DNA from: Eubacteriales bacterium
GTDB lineage: Bacteria > Bacillota > Clostridia > Oscillospirales > JAAYXM01
Direction of reading: 5' to 3'
Length of the DNA stretch: 64,000 bases
Assembly: GCA_045546975.1 (NCBI GenBank)
Contig: JAZQDV010000010.1
Coordinates: forward strand, 405,544 to 469,543
Shown: positions 1 to 11,362 of the stretch, piece after piece
Position numbering within the stretch: position 1 is the stretch's first letter
Layout: each line of letters starts with the position of its first letter
The notes under the pieces: generated by a model
The model's input: only the letters and a program-made list of their open reading frames with translations
The model's database searches: none
What the model was told of the DNA's origin: nothing
Translations under genes and position numbers: made by a program

Positions 1-1098
1 CACTGCGACGACCTGCATCGCGATGTCCTGACTCACGCCAAGAAGCGAACATGCCATCGGTATAAGAAGAAGTGAACCACCCGTAACTCCTGACGTCCCG
101 CATGCGCCAATTGTTGCCACAAAGCTCAGAACAAAAGAAAGAAGTATATTAACGTCAATCCCTTGCGAAAATGCCGCAGCAAGTGACATAACAGTGATTG
201 TTATGGCCGCTCCGTTCATGTTTATAGTCGCACCAAGAGGAATAGAAACGCTGTAATGCTCACGATCAAGTCCGAGTCTCTCACACAGGCTTAAATTAAC
301 CGGAATGTTAGCAGCAGAGCTTCTTGTAAAGAATGCTGTAATACCGGATTCTCTGAGACACCTTAACACAAGAGGATACGGGTTCCTTCTGAGGACTATG
401 CCAACAATCAACGGGTCAACGACAAACGCAACAGTGAGCATACATCCGACAAGAACCGCAAGAAGCTTTCCGTAATGGGTAAATATTTCTATACCGTATT
501 CACTCACGGAGTTATACACAAGACCGAAAATCCCAAACGGTGCAAGCTGAATCACCCAGGCAACTGCCTTTGACACAGCGTCTGAAATATCTGCCAAACC
601 AACTTTAGTCTCATCACTTGCGCCTATTTTTAATGCAAATCCAAAGATAACTGCCCAAGTGAGAATCCCGACATAGTTTGCGCTTATAAGAGAACTTACA
701 GGATTCATAACCATATTTAGCAGCAGTGTACCGAAAACTTCACCAAGACCGACAGGTGCTGACTGTTCTGTCGCCTGCATAAGCGGAATTGTTGTCTTTG
801 TAAGAAAGCTTCCAACAACCGCTACAATTGCCGAAAGAAAGGTGCTTAGCATATAAAGAAAAATAACTGTTCTGAAACGCTTTCCAATCCCATCTCCTGC
901 ATTTGCAAGAGATGCAATCACAAGAACAAATACAAGGATAGGTGCAACCGCCTTCAGAGCACCTACAAATATATCCCCAAAAATTGTAATAAAACCCACT
1001 CCGGGTCCCCATAAGCCAAGACAGACGCCGAGAATAAGACCTATGATAATTCTTGCTATAAGTGGTATTTTTGTATATAACCCAAAAATGTTTTTCAT
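1..1098 (-). CDS. sstT: Serine/threonine:Na+ symporter SstT (DAACS family), 3' end runs off the window
   Basis: Missing from the ORF track. Hand translation from ATG 1098 gives MKNIFGLYTKIPLIARIIIGLILG...FVGALKAVAPILVF and later AFFTRSSAANIPVN, SIPLGATINMNGAAITI, SGVTGGSLLLIP, which are typical SstT motifs. Confidence 0.9.
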   Translation of the reverse strand, partial: MKNIFGLYTKIPLIARIIIGLILGVCLGLWGPGVGFITIFGDIFVGALKAVAPILVFVLVIASLANAGDGIGKRFRTVIFLYMLSTFLSAIVAVVGSFLTKTTIPLMQATEQSAPVGLGEVFGTLLLNMVMNPVSSLISANYVGILTWAVIFGFALKIGASDETKVGLADISDAVSKAVAWVIQLAPFGIFGLVYNSVSEYGIEIFTHYGKLLAVLVGCMLTVAFVVDPLIVGIVLRRNPYPLVLRCLRESGITAFFTRSSAANIPVNLSLCERLGLDREHYSVSIPLGATINMNGAAITITVMSLAAAFSQGIDVNILLSFVLSFVATIGACGTSGVTGGSLLLIPMACSLLGVSQDIAMQVVAV

Positions 1099-1140
1099 TT
1101 TTCACTCTTCTTTGCGTAATATTTGAAGCTTGTGAAAAAT

Positions 1141-1174
1141 AAAAAATCCGTACACAAGAGTGTACGGATTTTTT
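1141..1174 (-). terminator. Intrinsic terminator directly after tRNA-Gln
   Basis: Inverted repeat AAAAATCCGTACAC-aaga-GTGTACGGATTTTT, followed by a T-tract on the minus strand. Confidence 0.85.
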
Positions 1175-1247
1175 GGCTGCCGGACTAGGATTTGAACCCA
1201 GACAAACAGAGTCAGAGTCTGTCGTGCTACCCTTACACAATCCGGCA
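1174..1247 (-). tRNA. tRNA-Gln (anticodon CUG), CCA encoded
   Basis: Reverse complement TGCCGGATTGTGTAAGGGTAGCACGACAGACTCTGACTCTGTTTGTCTGGGTTCAAATCCTAGTCCGGCAGCCA folds as a cloverleaf with T-loop GTTCAAATC and anticodon CTG. Confidence 0.97.
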
Positions 1248-1259
1248 ACGAACTCTTGT

Positions 1260-1288
1260 ATTATAAAGGAACGAATTGGAAAAGTCAA
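1260..1288 (-). promoter_or_regulatory. SigA-type promoter of tRNA-Gln
   Basis: TTGACT-17 nt-TATAAT on the minus strand just upstream of the tRNA. Confidence 0.8.
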
Positions 1289-1336
1289 GAGATTTTTCAA
1301 AAACTTTCAAATTAATTTTAACCAAATAAAATTAAT

Positions 1337-3196
1337 TTATTCGTTATCCTTTTTTATAATACAACAAGAGAACGGCGCAAGGAACAATTTACCGAAGGAT
1401 ATCTTTACCCCACCGTTTTGAAGCATACACCTTGCTTCATTCGGCAAAGCAAAAATTTTAGCTTTTTCTCCACGGTTTACAAATGCAATTACATTGCCCA
1501 TTGAAACACAAACAACATTATTCTTTGCATAAATTACATCAAAGTCGCATTCGTGTAGCGCGAACTCTTCGCACTTTATTTTTCCGAGACCCTTATAGAA
1601 GTCCAGAATTTCCCGGTCAATATTATCCCAAGTGAAAAAACGCCTGTTAAACGGATCTTCAAAACCTTCCATTCCAATCTCGTCTCCATAGTATATACAC
1701 GGAGAGCCCGGAAACATATATTGCAAGACTGCCGCCTGAAAAAGCCTTGTTTTTCCGAGCGACTTTTCAGATGCTGAAAGCCACCTTTCTGCACGTTCCT
1801 CTTTGGAAGTATGGTGCATACCTCCAACGGAAAGCTCGTTTAGTACCCTTACTGTATCATGAGTTCCTATGATATTCATAAGGCAACGTTTTGACTGCAA
1901 AGGATAGTTTTCGCAAAGAGCAAGAAGTATGTTCTTAAAGTCCTTTTCAGAAATCCTGTAACAAAGAAAGTCCAAAATTGCATTTTTGAGAGGATAATTC
2001 ATAACTCCGTCAAGAACGCCATCTGTAAAGTATTTTTTACTTACACTGTACGCCTTCTTTGTTGATGCATCCTCCCAAACCTCGCCTATCACGAGACTTT
2101 CAGGGTATTCTTCTCTTGAGCGTTTTTTCAATTCTTCAATGAAAACATCAGGAAGCTCATCGGCAACGTCAAGTCGCCATCCCGAGATGCCCGCTTTCAT
2201 CCACCTTGAAATAACACTGTTTTTTCCACGGATAATATAGTCGCGATAATCTTCATTCAACTCATCCACCTGAGGCAGAGTATCAATTCCCCACCACGAC
2301 GGATAGCTGCCGTCAGGTTTTATATCAAACCAAGACCTATACGGAGACTTTTCATCTCTGTATGCACCGACTTCCTCGCCATATCTGCCCTCACGGTTAA
2401 AATATATACTGTCAGAGCCCGTGTGACTGAAAACACCGTCAAGTATAACCTTCATACCACGCTCTTTCGCTTTTTTGCAAAGCTTTTTAAGTGTTTTTTC
2501 ATTTCCGAAGTGTGCATCTATCTTTGTATAATCCGCCGTGTTGTACTTATGATTTGACCACGCCTCAAAAACAGGACTTAGGTATATTGTTTTCACGCCA
2601 AGTTCTTCGAGGTACGGTAGTTTTTCGCATATTCCGTCTAAATTGCCGCCGTAGATGTCGCGATTTTCAACAACACCGTTATTGGGCTTATACATAGGTG
2701 TATCCGATATATTTTCGTGTACGTAAAAATAATCGTCCCTTGTAATCGGATTAGAAGTTGTCGACCTCATAAATCTGTCTACGAAAATATGATACGTGAC
2801 ACCACGCGAAAACCAATCCGGCGTTTTATAATCCTTTGAATACACCGTAAGCTGATATGCCGCTACACAATTTTTGTCTCTTGTCTCACCGTATTTTCCC
2901 CAATAACCTATATTTCCGCAAACATCCCTGAATTCAAAAAAGTACCAGAATATTCCCGATTTACAGGAAACAGAAAGAGAAACAGAATACTTATCATAAT
3001 CGAGTTCCCTGCTCTCCCAGAGCATAGGATATTTACTTTCACTTTGCTCATATTCCGAAAAAACCACGAGATTTACTTCAAGTATTTCAGAGCGCAAAGC
3101 GTAGGCGGAGAGCATTATACTCTCTCCGCCTGCAATTGCACCAAACGGTGTTTTGTACTTTTCACATTTCGAATCAAAACGAAAAAGTTTATTCAT
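1337..3196 (-). CDS. GH13 glycoside hydrolase (neopullulanase/amylopullulanase/cyclomaltodextrinase-like)
   Basis: GH13 motifs LDGVFSH, GWRLDVADEL, GEVWE, GTHDT and GSPCIYYGDEIG. Last gene of the glycogen cluster. Confidence 0.9.
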   Translation of the reverse strand: MNKLFRFDSKCEKYKTPFGAIAGGESIMLSAYALRSEILEVNLVVFSEYEQSESKYPMLWESRELDYDKYSVSLSVSCKSGIFWYFFEFRDVCGNIGYWGKYGETRDKNCVAAYQLTVYSKDYKTPDWFSRGVTYHIFVDRFMRSTTSNPITRDDYFYVHENISDTPMYKPNNGVVENRDIYGGNLDGICEKLPYLEELGVKTIYLSPVFEAWSNHKYNTADYTKIDAHFGNEKTLKKLCKKAKERGMKVILDGVFSHTGSDSIYFNREGRYGEEVGAYRDEKSPYRSWFDIKPDGSYPSWWGIDTLPQVDELNEDYRDYIIRGKNSVISRWMKAGISGWRLDVADELPDVFIEELKKRSREEYPESLVIGEVWEDASTKKAYSVSKKYFTDGVLDGVMNYPLKNAILDFLCYRISEKDFKNILLALCENYPLQSKRCLMNIIGTHDTVRVLNELSVGGMHHTSKEERAERWLSASEKSLGKTRLFQAAVLQYMFPGSPCIYYGDEIGMEGFEDPFNRRFFTWDNIDREILDFYKGLGKIKCEEFALHECDFDVIYAKNNVVCVSMGNVIAFVNRGEKAKIFALPNEARCMLQNGGVKISFGKLFLAPFSCCIIKKDNE

Positions 3197-3208
3197 ATCT
3201 ATATCCTG

Positions 3209-5632
3209 CTAGTCTGTCACTTTTTTGATATGCCAGATATTATCAGCATACTCTCCGATACTTCTGTCTGCCGCAAAACGACCCGCATGCGCAATGTTGA
3301 TAAGAGATTTTCTGTTGAATAGTTCTTTGTCTGCATACTCACGATAAATCTTATCGTGAGCACGGCAATACGAATCAAAATCCGCAAGGAGCATATACTG
3401 GTCGCGGAAAAGGAGCGAATTTACAATTTCAGGATATGAGTGTCTTAACACACCTACACCTATTCCGTCGCGGATATGGTCAAGTACGCGCTTGAGCGAA
3501 GCGTTATTCTGATAATACTCAATCGGTGAATACGTTCCCTTGGCGACAATTTCGTCAACCTCGTGTGAGCGTAGACCAAAGATGTATATATTCTCCTCTC
3601 CTACCGACTCACAGATTTCGACGTTTGCACCGTCAAGCGTACCTATCGTAAGTGCACCGTTTAACATAAACTTCATATTACCGGTTCCGGAAGCTTCTTT
3701 TCCCGCAATGGAAATCTGCTCTGAGATTTCTGCCGCCGGAATCATAACCTCTGCCTTTGTAACATTATAGTCCTCAACAAAAACAACCTTGAGTTTGCTT
3801 GAAACTACCGGATTTGAGTTTATCTCAGACGCCACAGAGTTTATAAGTCGTATGATATTCTTTGCCATAGCATAGCCCGCTGCCGACTTTGCACCAAAGA
3901 AATATGTTTTAGGAGTAAAGTCTATATTGGGATTATCAAGCAACATATGGTATTCATAAAGAATATGCAAAACATTAAGAAGCTGACGCTTGTATTCATG
4001 TAAGCGCTTTGACTGAACGTCAAATATCGAGTTCGGGTCAATATTGAATTCAGGTCCAAGGAACTTCACAAAACGCTTTTTGTTATTAAGCTTTATTTCC
4101 GAAAGCTTTTCGAGTACAGTTTTATCGTCACTGTATTTCAATAGATTTTCAAGAGTTTTTGCATCGTTATAAAAGCAGTCGCCGATAAGCTCTTTTAAGA
4201 GACTTGTAAGCTCGGGGTTTGCCTGACAAAGCCAACGCCTGTGAGCAATACCGTTTGTTACGTTGGTAAACTTTCCCGGGAACATATAATTATAATCAGA
4301 AAAGACATTTTCCTTGAGGATATTACTGTGAAGCGCAGAAACTCCGTTTACGGAATAGCATGTTGCGATGCAGAGGTTTGCCATTCGTATTTCATCGTTT
4401 GCGATTATTGCAAGTCTTCCTATCTTTTCCCTGTCCTCAGGAAACGCATTCCAGAGATCGTCACAGAACCTTCTGTTAATCTCTTCAACAATCATATAAA
4501 TTCTCGGCAAAAGCTGCTTGAACATTGATATCGTCCAGCGTTCCAACGCCTCTGCCATAATTGTATGATTCGTATATGCCATACAGTTTGATACAATTTT
4601 CCATGCATCGTCCCAGCCATATTCTTCCTCATCAATGAGTATTCGCATAAGCTCGGGAATTGCAAGAGTCGGGTGCGTATCATTTATATGGATTATCGCC
4701 TTATCTGCAAAATTGCGCATTGTTCCATACTGTGCCTTATGCTTTTTAACAATGCTTGAAATCGTCGCAGAAACGAAGAAATACTGCTGCTTTAAGCGAA
4801 GAGATTTTCCCTCTGTGTGATTGTCCTCGGGATAAAGGATCTTTGAAATAACCTCGCTCATTGCCTTTTGTTCCATCGACTTTGCATATTCGCCCTTTGA
4901 GAAGAGCTGCATGTCAATAGTCTTTGTCGACTTTGCACTCCAAAGCCGCAAAGTATTTATTGTGTCTCCGGGATACCCCGATATAAGCATGTCATTTGGG
5001 ACCGCGAGAACTGTATAATAGTCGTGATGAGAAAACTTGAGTTCACCGTTTTCCATATATGAATCCACCGTTCCCTCAAAACGAACTTCCTGAGTTTCTT
5101 CTATTCTCGGCACAGTCCAGACACTTCCCGTTTCAAGCCAGTTATCCGGAAGTTCTACTTGCATACCGTCAATAATTTTCTGCCTGAATATTCCGTATTC
5201 ATACAGAATTGAAAATCCCATTCCGGGATATCCGAGCGCTGCAAGAGAATCCATATAGCACGCAGCAAGACGGCCAAGTCCTCCGTTGCCAAGACCCGCA
5301 TCATTTTCTACAGAAAGGATATCTTCAAAAGAGATATTGAGCTTTTTGAGAGTATTGGAGAAAACCTCAGAAAGTCCAAGATTGTTAATATTGTTATGAA
5401 GAGATTTTCCAATAAGAAACTCCATAGAAAGATAATAAACCTGTTTGAGCTCCTTTTTCTGAATCTGCTCACGAGTCTTTGTGCGATTTTTCATCATAAT
5501 ATCGCGTACGACGAAAGAGCACGCAGCATAAATCTGCTCATTGGTTGCCTCATCAATTTTCTTACCAAAATGTCTTGAGAGCTTTTCCTCGAGCAGGAAT
5601 TTTAAGTTTTTTTCATCCATTTGTATTGCCAT
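3209..5632 (-). CDS. glgP: Glycogen phosphorylase
   Basis: DAGLGNGGLGRLAAC, KRLHEYKRQLLN and the PLP motif EASGTGNMKFMLNG; 807 aa. Confidence 0.97.
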   Translation of the reverse strand: MAIQMDEKNLKFLLEEKLSRHFGKKIDEATNEQIYAACSFVVRDIMMKNRTKTREQIQKKELKQVYYLSMEFLIGKSLHNNINNLGLSEVFSNTLKKLNISFEDILSVENDAGLGNGGLGRLAACYMDSLAALGYPGMGFSILYEYGIFRQKIIDGMQVELPDNWLETGSVWTVPRIEETQEVRFEGTVDSYMENGELKFSHHDYYTVLAVPNDMLISGYPGDTINTLRLWSAKSTKTIDMQLFSKGEYAKSMEQKAMSEVISKILYPEDNHTEGKSLRLKQQYFFVSATISSIVKKHKAQYGTMRNFADKAIIHINDTHPTLAIPELMRILIDEEEYGWDDAWKIVSNCMAYTNHTIMAEALERWTISMFKQLLPRIYMIVEEINRRFCDDLWNAFPEDREKIGRLAIIANDEIRMANLCIATCYSVNGVSALHSNILKENVFSDYNYMFPGKFTNVTNGIAHRRWLCQANPELTSLLKELIGDCFYNDAKTLENLLKYSDDKTVLEKLSEIKLNNKKRFVKFLGPEFNIDPNSIFDVQSKRLHEYKRQLLNVLHILYEYHMLLDNPNIDFTPKTYFFGAKSAAGYAMAKNIIRLINSVASEINSNPVVSSKLKVVFVEDYNVTKAEVMIPAAEISEQISIAGKEASGTGNMKFMLNGALTIGTLDGANVEICESVGEENIYIFGLRSHEVDEIVAKGTYSPIEYYQNNASLKRVLDHIRDGIGVGVLRHSYPEIVNSLLFRDQYMLLADFDSYCRAHDKIYREYADKELFNRKSLINIAHAGRFAADRSIGEYADNIWHIKKVTD

Positions 5633-5662
5633 TGAATATTTACCTCATAATTTCCAGATTAA

Positions 5663-7108
5663 TTACCTTCCGAGAAGCTCATCATACATCTTGCGATACT
5701 TACGAGCAGAGTTTTTCCACGAAAAGTCAGTATTCATACCGTTTTCGACGATACTGTTCCATGTTCTTTTTTTGCTGTAAAGCGAACAAGCTTCACGGAT
5801 TGCCGAAAGCATATCCTTGGCATTATAGTCAGAGAACAGGAATCCATTACCTTCTCCGGTGTTTTTGTTATATGGTTTTATCGAATCACGAAGCCCTCCC
5901 GTCTCACGCACTATCGGGATTGTACCGTATCGAAGCGCTATCATCTGCGCAAGTCCGCAGGGCTCTGCCTTCGACGGCATAAGGAACATATCCGATCCAC
6001 CGTAAACCTTCTGTGCAAGATCTGAATTAAATGCAATATTGACAGAAAGCTTGAATGGGTACTGCCATTGCTTATCTCTTAAGAACTGCTCATATTTCCA
6101 GTCACCTGTCCCGACAATAACAAGCTCAACATCGTCAGAAAGAAGCTCGTCTATAACTTCAGAAACAAGATCAAGTCCCTTGTGAGAAACAAGACGTGTA
6201 ACCATACCTATTACAGGAATGTCCGGATTCTGTGGCAAGTTTACAAGTGCTTGAAGTTCAGCCTTGTTTTTAGCCTTTCCGCTCATATCGTCACGCGAGA
6301 ACTTTGAAAAAAGACGCTTATCACGTGCAGGGTCATAGAGTTTCTGGTCAATACCGTTTATAATTCCTGAAACCTTGCCTGCCTCCTGACGAAGGATGCC
6401 ATCAAGTCCGTGAGCAAATTCAGGTGTTTTAATTTCCTCAGCATACGTACTGCTTACTGTTGTAACCTTATCCGAGCAAATTATTGCTGCTTTCATAAGG
6501 TTTACTGCGCCATTATATTCAAGGAAACCGTTTTCAAACTCTCCAAACGGAAGGCCCAAAACATTCTCGACTATCTGTCTGTCAAAGATGCCCTGGTATT
6601 CTATATTATGAATTGTAAAAACAGTTTTGATACCCTTGAATCCTTCGCAGTCACAATACAGGAGCTTATAGTAAATCGGCACTAGTGCTGTCTGCCAATC
6701 GTGGCAATGAATAATATCCGGAGAAAACCCTATATGCGGTAATATCTCAAGCGCTGCCCTTGAGAAGAATGCATATCTTTCTGCATCGTCATAGCAACCG
6801 TAAAGTGCATTCCCACGCTTGAAGTAATATTCGTTATCAATAAAATACCAAGTAACACCCTTTTCTTCGTACTTGAAAATGCCACAGTACTGACTGCGCC
6901 ACGCAACAGGAACAAAGATATTTGTGATATAGGTCATTTTATTTCTCATCTCTGCCGAAATACCTTCGTGAAGAGGAACAACGACAGAGAGTTCGTAGTT
7001 CTTTCCTGCAATAGCTCCCGGCAAAGAGCCGACAACATCACCAAGACCGCCTGATTTAATAAACGGAGCCGCTTCTGATGCGACCATTAAAATTTTCTTG
7101 CTTTCCAT
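5663..7108 (-). CDS. glgA: Glycogen synthase
   Basis: KSGGLGDV, HCHDWQT, EPCGLAQM and TGGLRDS motifs. Confidence 0.97.
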   Translation of the reverse strand: MESKKILMVASEAAPFIKSGGLGDVVGSLPGAIAGKNYELSVVVPLHEGISAEMRNKMTYITNIFVPVAWRSQYCGIFKYEEKGVTWYFIDNEYYFKRGNALYGCYDDAERYAFFSRAALEILPHIGFSPDIIHCHDWQTALVPIYYKLLYCDCEGFKGIKTVFTIHNIEYQGIFDRQIVENVLGLPFGEFENGFLEYNGAVNLMKAAIICSDKVTTVSSTYAEEIKTPEFAHGLDGILRQEAGKVSGIINGIDQKLYDPARDKRLFSKFSRDDMSGKAKNKAELQALVNLPQNPDIPVIGMVTRLVSHKGLDLVSEVIDELLSDDVELVIVGTGDWKYEQFLRDKQWQYPFKLSVNIAFNSDLAQKVYGGSDMFLMPSKAEPCGLAQMIALRYGTIPIVRETGGLRDSIKPYNKNTGEGNGFLFSDYNAKDMLSAIREACSLYSKKRTWNSIVENGMNTDFSWKNSARKYRKMYDELLGR

Positions 7109-7120
7109 ATTAAAAACTCC

Positions 7121-8245
7121 TTATATTTTACAGCCAACAGGCAATACGTTCGGGTATGCCTCAGCACCCTTGAGCTCAACGTTGTTTGAGATAGTTGAGT
7201 TTCTGTCCGCGATGCAATATTCAAGACTCGCCCCATCTCCAACAGTAGTTCCCTGGAGAATAATACTGTTTATGATGCGTGCACCACGTCCGATCCTGAC
7301 CCCACGAGAAAGTATTGAATTTTCCACAACGCCGTCAATAATGCAACCGTCTGCAATAACACTGTTTTTAACCGACGAATTCTCACAGAATATAGTAGGA
7401 ACCTCGTCATGAACACGTGTTATAATCTCTCCGCCAACGTTGAAAAGCTCATTTCTTATTCCGGAATCAAGAAGGCCCATACTCGTCTTGAAATACGATT
7501 CAACTGAATCAATTTTCTCCACATATCCGAGGTATTCATGTGCGTAAATATCAAGTGAATCAGCCATCCCCTGTATTATATCGCGCTCAAAATCAAATTT
7601 ATTGTGCGCAACGCACTGACAAATAAGAAACTCAAGAAGTTCGCGTTCGATCACATATACGCCGAGCAGCATATTGCTATGAAGCTGAATCTCCTGGTTT
7701 ACGGTTATGTCACAAATTCTTCCGGAGGCATCAAAATCAACAAATGTATTGTTTCTGAACTTCTGCTGGTCATAGACATTTGCCTTATACAGAGCCGTCA
7801 TATAAGCCTGTTTTTCGATGTGTTTGTTCAGAAGTTCTGTATAATTGATATTTGCAATAATATTTGCATCAGAAAGAATAACATATTTGCAGTCACTGCT
7901 TCTTATATATTCAATTATTCCCATCAGAACTGCAATTTTGCTGTCGCTATTTGAAACAATATTTTTATTTCCGATAGACGGAGGAAGAATTGAAAGACCA
8001 CCTTTTTTTCGGTTTAAGTCCCATTCTTTACCTGTTCCAAGATGGCTCATCAAGGAATAATAGTCACTCTGTGTTACAACACCAACATCTTTGATTCCCG
8101 AATTGACCATACCGGATAATGTGAAGTCAATCATTCTGTATCTTCCGCCAAACGGAACCGAAGCGACAGTTCTATTCTCTGTCAGTTCGCGCATTGCATC
8201 GACTTTTTCATGAGCGAAGATAATCCCCATTGTGTCTTTAATCAT
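7121..8245 (-). CDS. glgD: ADP-glucose pyrophosphorylase GlgD subunit
   Basis: [17 protein letters not shown] without the LAGG loop; directly downstream of glgC. Confidence 0.93.
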   Translation of the reverse strand: MIKDTMGIIFAHEKVDAMRELTENRTVASVPFGGRYRMIDFTLSGMVNSGIKDVGVVTQSDYYSLMSHLGTGKEWDLNRKKGGLSILPPSIGNKNIVSNSDSKIAVLMGIIEYIRSSDCKYVILSDANIIANINYTELLNKHIEKQAYMTALYKANVYDQQKFRNNTFVDFDASGRICDITVNQEIQLHSNMLLGVYVIERELLEFLICQCVAHNKFDFERDIIQGMADSLDIYAHEYLGYVEKIDSVESYFKTSMGLLDSGIRNELFNVGGEIITRVHDEVPTIFCENSSVKNSVIADGCIIDGVVENSILSRGVRIGRGARIINSIILQGTTVGDGASLEYCIADRNSTISNNVELKGAEAYPNVLPVGCKI

Positions 8246-9456
8246 AATGCCACCTCGCCATCTGCAATGTCGTTGTCAATTATCTTTCCGGCCCCTACAA
8301 CAGCTTTTTCACCTACTGTAAGTCCTTCGCCAATAACAGCTATCTCGCGCGTTTTTCCGTCTTCCGGAGCGTTTCCTATACGAGCGCCTGATTTAACAGT
8401 TACATTCTCTGCTATTATTGAATATTCAACAGTTGCGCCTGCCTCTATAACACTTCCGGGCATTACGATAGAATTATTTATAACTGCACCTTCTCCGATT
8501 GTTACATCATAGAATACTATTGAGCGGTAAACATCTCCCGAAGTGTTGCACCCTTCAGAAATCATTGAGTTTTTAATTGTCGCATTCGGTGATACGAACT
8601 GAGAGGGCTTTGCAGGATTTCGCGCGTAGATTCTCCAGTTCTTGTCGTGAAGAACAAGCCCGCTTCCCGGTGTTATCGCATCCATATTAGCTTCCCAAAG
8701 ACTCTCAATCGTCCCAACATCTTTCCAGTAGCCTTTATATTCATAAGCAAATAGACGCTTTCCGTCATTTAGCATATTCGGGATAATGTTCTTACCGAAA
8801 TCATTCGCACTCTCAGGATCCGCCTCATCGTCAATGAGATACTTTTCCAAAACATCCCAAGTGAATATATAAACACCCATTGATGCCTTTGTGCTCTTCG
8901 GATTTTGCGGTTTTTCTTCAAATTCATAGACTGAATTATCATCGCGAAGATTCATAATACCAAAGCGCGATGCTTCTTCAATCGGAACATCGATAACCGC
9001 AATAGTACAATCCGCATTGTTCTTCTTGTGTTCGCGAAGCATCCAGTCGTAATTCATCTTATAAACGTGGTCGCCCGACAGGACAAGAACATACTTCGGA
9101 TCAAATGATTTAATAAAATTCATATTTTGATAGATTGCATTTGCAGTACCTTTATACCACGCCCCGCTCGTGCTCGTCATATAGGGCGGAAGAATTGCAA
9201 CCCCGCCGTTTGAGCGGTCAAGGTCCCACGGCTGTCCGTTACCTATGTAGGTATTCAGCTCAAGTGGCTGGTACTGAGTAAGAACGCCTACCGTGTCAAT
9301 ATTTGAGTTTATACAGTTAGAGAGCGGAAAATCGATAATTCTGTACTTTCCACCAAAAGGAACTGCAGGTTTTGCGACATTGGCTGTTAAAACGTGAAGT
9401 CTACTTCCCTGGCCTCCCGCCAGAAGCATTGCTATGCAGTCTTTACTTTTCGCCAT
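8242..9456 (-). CDS. glgC: Glucose-1-phosphate adenylyltransferase
   Basis: [31 protein letters not shown] and YWKDVGT. Confidence 0.97.
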   Translation of the reverse strand: MAKSKDCIAMLLAGGQGSRLHVLTANVAKPAVPFGGKYRIIDFPLSNCINSNIDTVGVLTQYQPLELNTYIGNGQPWDLDRSNGGVAILPPYMTSTSGAWYKGTANAIYQNMNFIKSFDPKYVLVLSGDHVYKMNYDWMLREHKKNNADCTIAVIDVPIEEASRFGIMNLRDDNSVYEFEEKPQNPKSTKASMGVYIFTWDVLEKYLIDDEADPESANDFGKNIIPNMLNDGKRLFAYEYKGYWKDVGTIESLWEANMDAITPGSGLVLHDKNWRIYARNPAKPSQFVSPNATIKNSMISEGCNTSGDVYRSIVFYDVTIGEGAVINNSIVMPGSVIEAGATVEYSIIAENVTVKSGARIGNAPEDGKTREIAVIGEGLTVGEKAVVGAGKIIDNDIADGEVAL

Positions 9457-9463
9457 AAACTCA

Positions 9464-11362
9464 TCATCCTTTTCTTCTGATATATATTGCGCTCATCGGC
9501 GGTAATGTTATATCAATAAACTGTCCAAAGCCCGAATCGTCCCTTGATTTTGTTTTGAGATATGCAGGATATTTCATACCTGAACCACCGTATTTTTCAC
9601 TGTCACTGTTGAAGATAACACGGTAACTGCCGGGAGACGAAACTCCGATCGGGTAGTTTTCGCGCATAACGGGAGACAGATTGAAAACTGCAATAATTTC
9701 CCTTCCATCTCTGTTTCTGCGCTTAAAGGCTATAACGTTACTGTCGCAGTCATCAGTAACAACCCATTCAAAGCCATCCCACGAATCGTCAATTTCCCAA
9801 AACTCAGAGTTTCTGAGATAGAATGCATTAAGGTCTGAAACATACGTTTGAAGCTTTTTGTGCATATCAAACTCAAGCAGGTTCCAGTCAAGCCCCTGTT
9901 TTTCATTCCATTCGATAAACTGACCGAATTCGCTTCCCATGAAGCTGAGTTTTTTGCCGGGATGCGCCATCGTGTATCCGTACATAGTGCGAAGACCTGC
10001 AAACTTCTGCAGATAATCGCCGGGCTGTTTATTTATAAGCGAGCACTTCCCGTGCACTACTTCATCATGCGAAAACGGAAGTATATAGTTTTCAGAAAAT
10101 GCGTATGTCAGCGAAAACGTCAATGCGTTGTGATTATATTTTCTGAAAATCGGATCTGTCGAGAAATATCTAAGAGTATCATTCATCCAACCCATATTCC
10201 ACTTGAAATGGAAACCGAGCCCTCCGCAATATGGCGGCTTTGTTATCATTGGCCATGCCGTAGACTCCTCAGCTATCATAATTGTTTCGGGATATTCCTC
10301 CAAAACCGCTATATTTAAGTTTTTAAGAAACTCCTCTGCCTCAATATTTCCGTTCCCCCCGTACTGATTTGGACGCCACTGACCGTCAGTCTTGCCGTAA
10401 TCAAGATAAAGCATACTTGCAACAGCGTCAACACGGATTCCATCTATGTGGAAATACTCACACCAGAAAACGGCATTTGAAATCAGGAAATTTCTTACCT
10501 CGGGACGTCCGTAATCAAAAATCCTTGTACCCCAGTCAGGCTGCTCGCGCTTGAGCGGATCTGTATACTCATAAAGGCACTGTCCGTCAAATTCAAAAAG
10601 TCCGTGAGCATCTCTTGGAAAGTGTGCAATGACCCAATCCATAATCACCCCGATACCGTTTTTGTGGCACTCATTGACGAAATGCATAAAATCCTTGGGA
10701 GTTCCGTATCTCGATGTTACCGCGAAGTACCCCGTTACCTGATAACCCCAAGAGCCATCAAAGGGATACTCGGAAACCGGCATAATTTCAATATGAGTAT
10801 ACCCCATTTTCTTGACATACGGAATAAGCTCACGTGTCATATCGATATATGAATAGAAATTACCGTCTTCGTGGAGTTTCCATGAGCCCAAGTGAAGCTC
10901 GTAGATATTTACTGCTTCAGAAAAAATATTGCGGCCTTTTTTATATTTTTGCCAGTTTGCGTCCTTCCATTCAAAGCCATCCAGTTTATAGAGTTTTGAC
11001 GCTGTCTGCGGACGTGTTTCAGAATGAAAGGCATAAGGGTCAGCTTTCATCAACACATTACCGTTTCCGGTCCTTATGCTGAATTTATAGATATCGTACT
11101 CAGAAAGTGCAGGGACAAATATCTCCCAAACAGAATAATCCTCTTCTGTCCGCTTCATGGGGTTTTTTTCAGCATCCCATGAGTTAAAATCACCTACAAC
11201 AGAAACAGACTGTGCGTTTGGTGCCCATACGCGGAAAACTACACCAAAAACACCGTCAATCTCTGTGAAGTGAGCCCCAAAATATTTGTGAAGTCGGGTA
11301 CACCTTCCGTTATGAAATTCCTGAATAATGCTTTCCTTTGTTTTTTTATCCATTTCAATCAT
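9464..11362 (-). CDS. glgB: 1,4-alpha-glucan branching enzyme (alternative start 11353)
   Basis: [49 protein letters not shown] and SHDEVVHGK. Confidence 0.97.
   Translation of the reverse strand: MIEMDKKTKESIIQEFHNGRCTRLHKYFGAHFTEIDGVFGVVFRVWAPNAQSVSVVGDFNSWDAEKNPMKRTEEDYSVWEIFVPALSEYDIYKFSIRTGNGNVLMKADPYAFHSETRPQTASKLYKLDGFEWKDANWQKYKKGRNIFSEAVNIYELHLGSWKLHEDGNFYSYIDMTRELIPYVKKMGYTHIEIMPVSEYPFDGSWGYQVTGYFAVTSRYGTPKDFMHFVNECHKNGIGVIMDWVIAHFPRDAHGLFEFDGQCLYEYTDPLKREQPDWGTRIFDYGRPEVRNFLISNAVFWCEYFHIDGIRVDAVASMLYLDYGKTDGQWRPNQYGGNGNIEAEEFLKNLNIAVLEEYPETIMIAEESTAWPMITKPPYCGGLGFHFKWNMGWMNDTLRYFSTDPIFRKYNHNALTFSLTYAFSENYILPFSHDEVVHGKCSLINKQPGDYLQKFAGLRTMYGYTMAHPGKKLSFMGSEFGQFIEWNEKQGLDWNLLEFDMHKKLQTYVSDLNAFYLRNSEFWEIDDSWDGFEWVVTDDCDSNVIAFKRRNRDGREIIAVFNLSPVMRENYPIGVSSPGSYRVIFNSDSEKYGGSGMKYPAYLKTKSRDDSGFGQFIDITLPPMSAIYIRRKG

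Noticed and set aside
740-1300. 186-aa minus-strand ORF from the track
   Set aside because: It runs through the tRNA-Gln gene and its terminator and is out of frame with the real sstT CDS that starts at 1098.
1141-1340. tRNA as a possible integration site for a prophage or island
   Set aside because: No integrase, no duplicated tRNA 3' end noticed, and housekeeping genes on both sides.
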